From Hormiphora californensis (taxonomy: Eukaryota > Animalia > Ctenophora), in contig CM035362.1 in NCBI GenBank assembly GCA_020137815.1, forward strand, positions 372,001-436,000: a stretch of 64,000 bases of DNA. The letters run 5' to 3'. This document shows, piece after piece, positions 54,501 to 64,000 of this stretch; positions within the stretch are counted from its first letter, which is position 1; each line of letters starts with the position of its first letter. The notes under the pieces were generated by a model. The model was not told where the DNA came from and searched no databases. It saw nothing but the letters and a program-made list of their open reading frames with translations. The position numbers and the translations under genes are program-made.

Positions 54501-57225
54501 CGGTATTTCTCTTTCAATCATGTTACACCCTGAGCTGTGTGCAGCAAGTAAGGACATCTCACTCATTTATCTCCTCCACATATGATATCTCCCAACGTGT
54601 CAAATCCAGAACTTCCAGTGTTAGTTTCATTTTTTCCTCATCGAACTAATGGAGGAAGGGGTTAGTTGATCAACATCTAACTATATCTAATGAAAATTTG
54701 ACGGAAATGTGACACCTCGTCAGTGTGACGACGTGATCCGTCAGTGTGACGATTACGTACGATAATGCATTGGGTCAATTTTGCCTTCACTCTAAATTAC
54801 CTAATTAGAATCAAAGGAAAGGCAAAACTGACCCAAGGCAAAAAATATATCGAAGGCAAAACTGCTGTTTACCCCAGATATTGACAGTTTTGCCTTTACA
54901 TGGGAATTGGTGGATGGACCCGTGTCTCTGATGAAATCCTGTCTTCTAGAGAAAGCTTTTTCGATGTAGATTGCGGAGATGATGAGGTAGAAGGAGAAGA
55001 AGGAGAAGATGAACCGCCTGCACCAAGGCATTATCGGTGTTTTGACGCTTTTGCCTTTACCCAATTATCTATGCTGTTACTCTCCAAAGGCATTATTGCT
55101 CAAAGGCATTATCGTAATATCGTATGCTACCAGTGTGACGACTTGATCCGTCAATGTGACGACGTGATTCGTAGGTATCACGTATCGCAAGTGCTTGAGA
55201 CAGAGACAGAGACAGAGACAGAAAACGAAGATACAGTAATCCTGCATTTTCGGAACGTGTTCGTCTCAACATTGCGCGTCGCCGGCTGTACCAAACCCGG
55301 GTGAACAAGCTAACAATAGTGCAATTACATGCGCGTGATGCAGTATATCGCATGTAAGTTCACTATTGTTAGCTCGTTCACCCGGGTTAGCTCGTTCACC
55401 CGCGACGCGCAATGTGTAGACGAACACGCTCCGAAAAGAGTAAGGAAGGAAGGAAGGAAGGAAGGAAGGAAGGAAGGAAGGAAGGAAGGAAGGAAGGAAG
55501 GAAGGAAGGAAGGAAGGAAGGAAGGAAGGAAGGAAGGAAGGAAGGAAGGAAGGAAGGAAGGAAGGAAGGAAGGAAGGAAGGAAGGAAGGAAGGAAGGAAG
55601 GAAGGAAGGAAGGAAGGAAGGAAGGAAGGAAGGAAGGAAGGAAGGAAGGAAGGAAGGAAGGAAGGAAGGAAGGAAGTACCTCGGGTAGTGAGATCTTCAG
55701 CTTCCCTACTCGAGCTAAAGCAGTCGCTCGGTAAATATCTGTCCACCATCCCTGACCAGCCACCGGTTCGTGGGTATAGTGTTCAGCACAGTAACTCCCT
55801 GTTGGATTGGAGAAACGATCCGAGTGTTTTCAGAGAGTAAATCATTCAGGGGTGTTTTGCTTTTCTATGTTGTTTGGCTGCCCATTAAAACCCGATTCCT
55901 TTTGGTGCCTGAGTGTTAGCTCTTTTTGAGCTGAAACTTTGTGTACAATGCTTAATTATTTTATGAATGTTTATGAATGTTTATGAATGTTTATGAATGG
56001 AACGATGCCGTGGTGCTGATCTTCTATTACGAATGGCGTTCAGCGACGGTCCATTTTTGGTACAGATTTCTCTGCAGCATAGCTCGAGCGCCACCCCAAG
56101 CAGGCAACCTTATTGGTTAGATGTGCACCGTCTTTGCGAAACTCTCGAAAGAGCCTCTACCAATCATAGCTTGGCGGTCTAGGTGGCATTGTGCTACTCC
56201 AGGCCCGAACCTGTGACCTAGCACATGGAAGGCGAGTGCACTGGCCACTACACCACCCTGTCATCACAGTTAACATACCTACAAACTAATCTGCAAAGTG
56301 CAAGTTTCTAGCACGACAATAACTGACCACCCCAGAGGCCAGACCCATGCTTGAGAAGTACCCACTCGACTGAGTCAGTCGGACTGACACTCATCGTAAC
56401 AAAACATAACAACAGGCTTACTCACTGGCAATTGAAACAGAGAAATATAAAGCCACCATGCTTGACACAGTTGCCCCTTAAATTGTCAATACTCGATTAA
56501 ATTTTAGTTTAGTTTTATCAGACGACAGACGCTAACGAAGCCAAGGGGCACCAACTAATCTGCAGTAAATCCTGATACATTTCTGTTATTCTCGTAACAT
56601 TGATCACTTGCTATCAACAAATCTCAGGTTTATCTCGTGCCAGATGATTCACAGAAATATTTTACCAATCAGGACACATGTACTGGATGATGAAAATATA
56701 TTTGGGTTTTGGTTTATTCAATTCCCTTGAGCACGCTGGTAAATCATTTCAAATTGAAAGCTTGACTACAGCTCAGGACATCAAAATCAGCGCTACAATG
56801 GCGAAGAAATTACACAGAAAGCTTCGAAACAGGCCTTTTTTAAAAACGGCCTCAGAGATTTAGCCCTGATATGACTTTATTGACCGTTTAGTAATTGGAA
56901 AGTCCTCGATACTATCTTCCCAAATCCCAACGAGCCTAAGATTGTGCGATGTAGACAAGAAAAGACAGAGTTATTGCCAAAAAATTCGAAATTTGACAAT
57001 AAAAGGGGTTTACTCCAACTGGGTAGGCTTAAATACACTTATTTTCGATCACAAGCATGCCGTAAGTCAAACAAAAACGATTTTGAAAACTTTGGAGACA
57101 AAATTTTTTTCAACTTTTTGGCAGGTTCACTCGAAATTCAAAACAGGGTGCGCGTCGCAAATGCAAAAATGCGCGTCGCATTGTGCGCGTCTCAACACAG
57201 TGTCTCGCCTCCATATATATATATG

Positions 57226-57314
<89 letters not shown>

Positions 57315-57828
57315 GAGAGAAAGAGAGGGGGGTGTCCACTTACCAGGGTCTGTGAATCCATCAATAAAGATCTGCCGGTGATGAGAAGCTGCTGTAAACG
57401 GTTCCCCTACAAGAGTGTTTAGCTCATCTAGTCTGTAGGTTATCTTGGCCCAGTAATTTGGTTCCCGGAACGGGATCTGAGAGAGTATTGTGTTATTAAT
57501 ACATTTGATAAACTATAAAGGTCAAAGGTGGTCTGGGTTAGAGGGGGTTCAAATGCGGGTTACAAGGGGTCTGTTAGGTGGGTTAGAAGGGGTATGTTAG
57601 GTGGGTTAGAAGATGGGTAGGGGGCAACTTGCCCCGGGCAAGAGGTGGGTTAGAAGTCAGAAAATGTCGAGAGGTCAGCAACAAGTGTTCCAGAGTTGGG
57701 TAAAAAGGGGTACGAGAGGTGGGTTAGAAGGGAGCTGAGGTAAAGGACTCAGGAGTGGGTTGGAAGGGGTCCACGTGTTGCTTAGTAGGGATCCAGAGGT
57801 GGGTCAATACGTAGTTTGGTTACGCAGA

Positions 57829-57877
<49 letters not shown>

Positions 57878-60800
57878 TACGAAACAAGGGAAGAAAGAGT
57901 ATACCACGGGAGGGGAAAGATAAGAAACATAGAAGGAAGATAAAGAAGAAATAGAGAGAGAAGGAAGATAAAAGAGAGAGAGAGATAGAGGGAGATGCAA
58001 GAGGAAGATTTAAGATACGAGAATTATGAGTGATTAATAGTATAGCAGATATCTTCTTTTTACAGTCTTTGGCTTGCCAAGGGCCAATCCCACAGGTCCT
58101 ATCGCAAAGCGATATCGCCGGCACTAGGAGAATAGCCCGCCTCCCCTCCCTCTCCATCAGGAACTGCCCACAGGACAGGTTCCATTATAGGTGGCTTCGG
58201 GTTCGGGAGGGTAAACTTCTTCGAGAGTCGCAGGATAGTCGCGAGACAGAGATGAGGAAATAGAGAAATGGAAAGCCGGGAGAGAGAAAAAAGGGTCGAC
58301 ACATCGAGAGGGGCGGTCACCCCAGCCATGCTAGTGATATTAACATTAAACTGTTCATACCTGATCTTGATGATTTGATTCACTTGCATCGTCTCCCAGC
58401 TCCCTTGACTGGGTTAGAATAGCGGGGCCCTTAACGCTTCAGTTAATTCATCTTTAATTATGAGAAGATTTTCCCTGGTTCAGGTTGCGATAATCTGAAG
58501 AGAAGGGTGTTACTAAACGCTAGAATTTGGTAATTTGTTGATTCGAAAGCATCCCAACACCTTAACTTATTAGGTATCGCTTGTGTTTTCAAAACTTCAC
58601 AAACTTCAGTACTTTTAACTTTCTAATTGTGTTTTGTCTTATGGTTTTGATCGACACCATTTAAAGCTACGTTTTCTGCTGGCCCAGTGCTGGGAATGAA
58701 TCCTTATTTTGCCATTATCTTGCTTTCAAATGTTTTTGCGCTAAAAGTTATGCGTGTCCAATAGTCAAATAACCACCTTTTGTCCCTCTTTTGTCGCACT
58801 GTTTGGGTATTTGACCCTTGAACACAGCTTTTAGTGCAAAAGGATCTGAAAGCAAGATAATTGCAAAAGAAGGATTTATTTCCAGCAGAAATTGTAGCCT
58901 GAAAAGGCTTTCATCAAGACTGCAAAGTGGCAAGAAAAAGTTAGAAAAAGTTGTGAAGTAAAATTTGAAGAAGTCTGAAAAGTTTAGAAAACAGGCGAGA
59001 CCCGAAAAAAATCTGTAGGTATTGGGATGCTTTTTGGGGTGGCGCGCGGCAGGGCTATTGTTGGTTGGGTTTGCCTTTAAAGTCGGATTTTTTGAAGTTG
59101 TCACCCCAAAATGACCGCGCATGTGAAATTTATCAATTTTGACGCGCACACCACACGTTAACATGTGATGTGACGCGCAAAAACATTCCGCGCACGAAAA
59201 GGGGGGTGACAACTTCAAAAAATCCGACTTTAAAATTTGGAGAAGTTTGCAAAGTTTAGAAAACACGCGAGACCTGAAAAAAATTTGTAGGTATTGAGAT
59301 GCTTTTTGGGGTGGCGCGCGGCAGGGCTATTGTTGGTTGGGTTTGCCTTTAGTAGGTTTCTGGAAGAATGATCATCACCATATCTTTTGGAGAATCCAAG
59401 TTCATTAAGGCACGTGTGGTCACCTGTCGAGGGGTTACTGAACAACATGCCCATTTGGCACTGCCCAACCTATCTCTCAGATTGTTGGCTAAATGGCCAG
59501 ATATATTAACAGTGGGGCACAACTGCAGATAACTGCAGGACATATTTCCAATTTCCATAGCAACCTCCATATTACACCACAATAAATACCCTAAATGTAT
59601 TAAGGGCAAAGGTGGGCCGAGATAAGATGTAATTATTTCCATTCAGGGCCCAGGTCCTTGTCTCGCTCTCAACAGAAACCAACAAATTCCATGGAATTCC
59701 AGTACCCTACACGCCCAGCCCCATGTTTTTGTCACGTACATGATTCATGTCCCAATCCCATATATATCACCCATGTCCCAACAACTCACTGCACCCCTTC
59801 CCTCCCTCTCAGCTGGCCAGTTTGAGTTTGTAAATGCTGGGTGGTGTATGAACTGACGAGGCTAGTGTCCACTACTCAGCCACCATTGACCAGATGAGCG
59901 AGGGTGAGTTACATTATGCAGTTACTTTATCATCACAATTACTGACTACATTTCCTAATATGGTAGCCATCCTGACATGTCCAAATATGGTCACAACACT
60001 CCCCACTCCCTCCAGGTATGGTGTGGCTTCAGAAGGAGGTGGAGTACCCGGTGTAGACGTGACCCCCAACATCGCAGTGGCAAATTGACCCCTTCGGACA
60101 CAGGTACTGTTATAGAAGAGTTGTCTGAAACCTCTACCAAATTTTCCCACGAATTCAACGAAATGATTCAACAAGACCGATTGTTTCTTCACTTTTTTCC
60201 AATATTGGAAAAATTTTATTGAAATTCTCCGAGTTTTAAATTTTGGTGTCAATTTCAGGAGACACACCCAACAATACCATATCCCAATGTACCCTATTAT
60301 TCCATGAATATCTTTCCCCTCTCAGTTCTGCCCATGCGGGTCTCGTTGCCCAGATGGGTCTCAAGGGGCTCTTCTTCGCTAGGATGGATTATCAGGATTA
60401 TAACAAACGGAAAGCCAACAAAGAGTAAGTTGTTTTGGAGAAATACCTACTTGTTGGAAAATTTAAAATTTTAAAAGCACCCCTCTCTCTCCTTCTCTGT
60501 GGCATGATCTGTATGATACAGTGTATAGTATACAGTGTATCTTTCTCTGGATGATGGTGCAGCATGTTAGTCTTATGTCTATCACACCCCTCTCTCATAT
60601 CCCTTTACCCCTCACTTCACCCCCTTACCCCGTCTCTACCTCACACCTCCACACCTCCAAGACTCCTCACCTCCCCTTCACCTCTCCAGCCTGGAGTATA
60701 GCTGGTATGTAGAGAACAGGAACCTCTTTACGGGTGTAATGTACCGGCACTACAACGAACCCCCCGGATATGATTTTGATCAGAGGAGGGAAGGACGCCC

Positions 60801-63800
60801 CCATGGTCCGAGATAAGAATAGTCCTGAGTATAATATGGACAGTAGGGTGGCTGGATTTGTGAAATACATGAACGAACAGGTAATAGGAACGTCACTGGT
60901 GTTTTTACAGTGAGGTGAGAAAGTGTCTGGCAGCATAAGATCCTGATTTGATTATCAGACAGTGCGCTTAGATCGGGTTGGTGCCGCCAGACAGACAGCA
61001 TTTAGGAGAGGTAAGATCACATCAAATAGAGAAAGAGAGAGGGAGGGGTGCACCAAAATTTATCTCCAAACTTCTCTCTCCAGTTTGTCCACCAAACAGA
61101 TGAACTGTCTCTCTCCAGTCTCCAGTCTACCCCTATAATTTCTCCCACTGCACCCCTCTCTCCCCCTATAGCTTGGAGTTTCACTTGGCAAGCCACCCCT
61201 GCCTGGTCCATCTTCACCCACACAATGCTGGACTATGTACTGGGCACCCCCTGGGTTCTGTTTCGATACTACTTGTACTGATATCATCCCCATGGTTACC
61301 AATCCTGAGAGTCCAGGAGTATGATCTGCCTGAGAGGGTGGGGAGTATCACCAAATACATGACTGATATGGTATAACGGGTGTTATGCTGTAAGGGGTTT
61401 GGGAGAGATATGTTATGACTTAGCTTAGAACATGGGTTATTATTGGGTTGTAGGGAACTGTCCAATAAGCATATTCCTCCCCTAACACACCCTCCATTTC
61501 CAGTCATCCCACTACCGATCCGGTAACATCATGTTGACAATGGGAGGTGACTTCTGCTACCAGAACGCCAGAATGTATTTCAAGAACCTGGATATTCTGA
61601 TGGATGCTGTCAATAAGGATAGTGCCAAGAATGGATTCAAAATGTTCTACAGTACCCCTACCAAGTTAGTACCATTGTCACCTATTCTCGTTGTTAGTGA
61701 GATGTTAGTGAGATGTGAGGTGTTTTGAGATTTGAGTGATAAGTTTTGATTTTCGAGTATATAACGTGATTTGAATCCAATATACTTTTGGTTTCGATAA
61801 CAGAGCCATGAAAGGTAGAAGTGGTGATATATGGAACTTACCTGTCGGGCGGTGCTAGACCCCATTTTGATTCTCAAGTGCTCATACTGTTGCTTATATA
61901 CCGCGTGGGCCAATAAAAAGGGAGGGTCTTAAATCTTCGATTTCTCCGGCACCTTAATTCCAATGGTTCTGAAATTTTGACACAATGTTGGTGGGCTTAT
62001 GCCAGATATGTGTACAGGGTTTCAAGTTGAAAAATGCAGAAATTCATTAATGAACTTAAATTCCCGATTTTTTAGTTAATTGAAGGTTTTCCCTTATTCC
62101 AAGTTGATTTTGATCGTAAATTTGCAGCCACTCGATAGTGTTAACATTGATCAATGGCAATCTGAAATTTCATTGAAAATGAATAAAGTTTAGTTGGTGA
62201 AATTAATGAATTAAAAATGATCATTTTTTCAAAAAATTTATTTTCGCTGAAAATGAGAGATTTGCACTGTAGAGATGAAATTAAAACCTAACTGGGTTAT
62301 GATTTAATCATTTAAGTTCATTCTGGTATGAAAAACTGTTAAATTCAAAAAAATTAATTTTTTTAAATTTTCGTTTTTTTAATTTTTTTCGTTAATAACT
62401 GCATAAATTAACATTTAACCGATAGTCCATTAACAAACCGTTAGTTGAGACATTAGTAAATCGAAACCTTGCTAATGGAAGCTTGCTAGTGCTTATACTG
62501 ATTGGTAACAACAAGCGTCATGTGACCTCCATGCAAGCAACAAGAAACGTAACCAGGGTGTGACAAAATTGATTGCAATTGGTATCCAATGCCCTCTGTT
62601 GTACCCAGTATCAGATATCTGGCTTGGAGTACAAAAGAGGTTCCTGGAAAACAAAAAATATGGACTAGCGAAAACCTACATTGGCTTAAACACATGAATT
62701 TAGGTTCATTAATGAATTTCTGCATTTTTGAACTTGAAACTCTGTACACATATCTGGCATAAGCTCAATAACATTGTGTCAAAATTTCAGAACCATTGGA
62801 ATTAAGGTACCGGAGAAATCTAAGATTTAAGACCCTCCCTTTTTATTGGCCCACGCGGTATATTCCCTGCAGGTACATGAATGCAGTTATAAAGGGCGCT
62901 GACCTTCTCCAGAACAAGACAGATGATCTCTTCCCTTATGCTAATGATCCTCACTCCTACTGGACAGGTACTGACATGAGTTGTTGAGTAAGGGGATGCT
63001 GGATATGGATAGGTATAACTGTAATAGTGAAATTTCAAATGATTATTGGGAGAGTGAGAATGGATGGACATGTGAGAGAAAGGAGAAAAGGGTACTAATG
63101 TATGTGCATGTATGTTATAGGGGAGAAGGGTACTTGATGGATAATGGGGAGAGGTTGTAGAAAGGCAGCATGTACCCTGCAACCATGTGCTGCAGTAGTA
63201 AGTGAGATAACACCTGCAGCAGTCTCCCCAGTCTCACCAAAAGTGAGTTAATGTTTGCGACTCAAAGCTCCAAGCTGGTTATCCAGATTATCGTGCAAAA
63301 CCTTAGTAGAGTGGTTAAATCATCCTTCAAATGAAATTAGGCGCCTTAGTAAAGTGGTTAGATCATCCTTCAAATGAAATTAGGACGCCTTCCCATTTTC
63401 CCAAACACGGCCGTTATCAAAAGATAAGGGAATCCAAAAGGTACCGTTTTCAATGACCCTAGGTATAATATATGTGGGGGCATGTTTGTAAATCCATGGC
63501 TCGCCTGAATGGGGGTTCGAAAACTCTAGATCTCAAGATCACAGGAGAGCCATTACGTTTATCACACCCGTCCTGAGACATGATCATGACTGGAATAGAA
63601 GGATCTCAGAGGCGTGAGAGAAGTTGAACTTTCACAGCCACTAATCAATTACCTACCATTCTCCCCAGGATATTTCACCTCTCGACCTGGACTGAAGCGA
63701 TACGTGAGGGACTGTAACAACGTCCTACAGGCTTGTAAGCAGGTATAACAGCTGCATAAAAAATTAACAATCACCGAGTATAATGACGTCTAACATTTAC

Positions 63801-63925
63801 ATTTCTCTACTTATAGATTGAAGCTACTATCGGTGTACGGAAGAGTGGTCCTACATCATGAGAAACTGAGATATGCAATGGGAGTAGCACAACACCATGA
63901 CGCTGTCAGTGGGACAAGTAAACAG
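49420..63925 (+). CDS. MAN2B1: Lysosomal alpha-mannosidase (GH38), 5' part; gene continues past the window
   Basis: Exons 49420-49550, 50013-50148, 50337-50481, 59813-59903, 60016-60103, 60326-60424, 60690-60880 (or 61172-61370), 61504-61664, 62873-62967, 63669-63742, 63817-63925. Motifs [93 protein letters not shown]. Several single-base indels (e.g. 59854, ~63859). Confidence 0.92.
49561..49800. repeat. (GACA)n(GACT)n compound microsatellite
   Basis: Direct inspection. Confidence 0.95.
50914..57476 (-). CDS. Divergent Smad MH2-domain protein nested antisense in alpha-mannosidase intron 3
   Basis: Exon 57476-57344 reads [44 protein letters not shown], a clear match to the start of MH2. Further candidate exons 52023-51903, 51769-51568 (..[14 protein letters not shown]..), 51316-51240 and 51053-50914 match the rest of MH2 only weakly and need indel correction. 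5' exons unresolved (possibly 57520-58500). Confidence 0.55.
52500..52908. mobile_element. MITE-like element with AAAAAAGCCAGATC subrepeats
   Basis: GG..GGCCAAAAAGCC at the left and GGCATTTTTGGCCCCC at the right, with repeated internal motif. Confidence 0.5.
52994..53460. repeat. GAGAGAATGACA minisatellite
   Basis: Direct inspection. Confidence 0.9.
55442..55676. repeat. (GGAA)n microsatellite
   Basis: Direct inspection. Confidence 0.95.
55677..55940 (+). mobile_element. 3' end fragment of a LINE ORF2
   Basis: [32 protein letters not shown] resembles the L..(F/Y)L..IPD.P...GY....NSL C-terminal tail of L2/CR1-group ORF2. Confidence 0.55.
55961..56260 (-). mobile_element. tRNA-derived SINE
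   Basis: Minus-strand head GGTGGTGTAGTGG (A box)..CTTCCAT..GGTTCGGGCC (B-box-like), ~200-bp body, (CATTCATAAA)4 tail. Confidence 0.65.
59081..59229. mobile_element. Kolobok-like MITE
   Basis: TTAA on both sides, AG...CT termini, ~29-bp TIR AGTCGGATTTTTTGAAGTTGTCACCCC. Confidence 0.8.
61901..62858. mobile_element. Non-autonomous Tc1/mariner-type element with ~160-bp TIRs
   Basis: TA|CCGCGTGGGCCAATAAAAAGGGAGGGTCTTAAATCTT ... AAGATTTAAGACCCTCCCTTTTTATTGGCCCACGCGG|TA. Confidence 0.9.
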
Positions 63926-64000
63926 GTGACCATGCTGCTTAGTTGATTATTATACCAGAACTATGTCATTTACAAACTTCGAAGGTGTACTTGATTGGAA

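Larger units (their letters stand above)
53479..57212. mobile_element. ~3.7-kb composite TIR element inserted in a (TA)n tract
   Basis: GGAGGC..TGTGTTGAGACGCGCA at the left and TGCGCGTCTCAACACA..GCCTCC at the right, ATAT on both flanks, GCGACGCGCA subterminal repeats. Carries nested repeats; no intact transposase seen. Confidence 0.6.

Noticed and set aside
56195-56260. tRNA-Gly(TCC) gene
   Set aside because: No convincing acceptor stem or T-run terminator; it continues into a body and tandem tail typical of a SINE.
59854-59856. In-frame TGA as selenocysteine or readthrough in the mannosidase
   Set aside because: Removing one base restores the conserved MNDEA motif and the exon phase, so this is an indel and not recoding.

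Overview
Intron-rich, repeat-rich animal genomic DNA. A cydippid ctenophore is plausible given the dense nested genes, short exons, abundant MITEs and unpaired splice acceptors just before start codons, but this is inference only. Two large host genes dominate. (1) A 25-exon TMC (transmembrane channel-like) gene, 27531-48237 (+), about 991 aa, whose exons I could join in frame from start to stop. It has an unusual ~140-aa, 12-Cys insertion in its first extracellular loop, and its introns hold four other genes: an antisense CAP/SCP gene with eight KR sites delimiting Ser/Thr-rich repeat peptides, two same-strand intronless carbohydrate sulfotransferases, and an antisense orphan secreted Cys-rich protein. 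(2) A lysosomal alpha-mannosidase (GH38, MAN2B1-like) gene from 49420 to beyond the window end (+). It has a tandemly duplicated, probably mutually exclusive exon in the catalytic domain and a divergent Smad-MH2-like gene nested antisense in a 9.3-kb intron. The first 27 kb hold several unidentified multi-exon genes, many non-autonomous DNA transposons (piggyBac-, Tc1/mariner-, hAT-, Chapaev-, Kolobok- and Helitron-like), microsatellites and a garbled, probably unpolished stretch (~7960-11400). Single-base indels in several coding exons look like long-read consensus errors.
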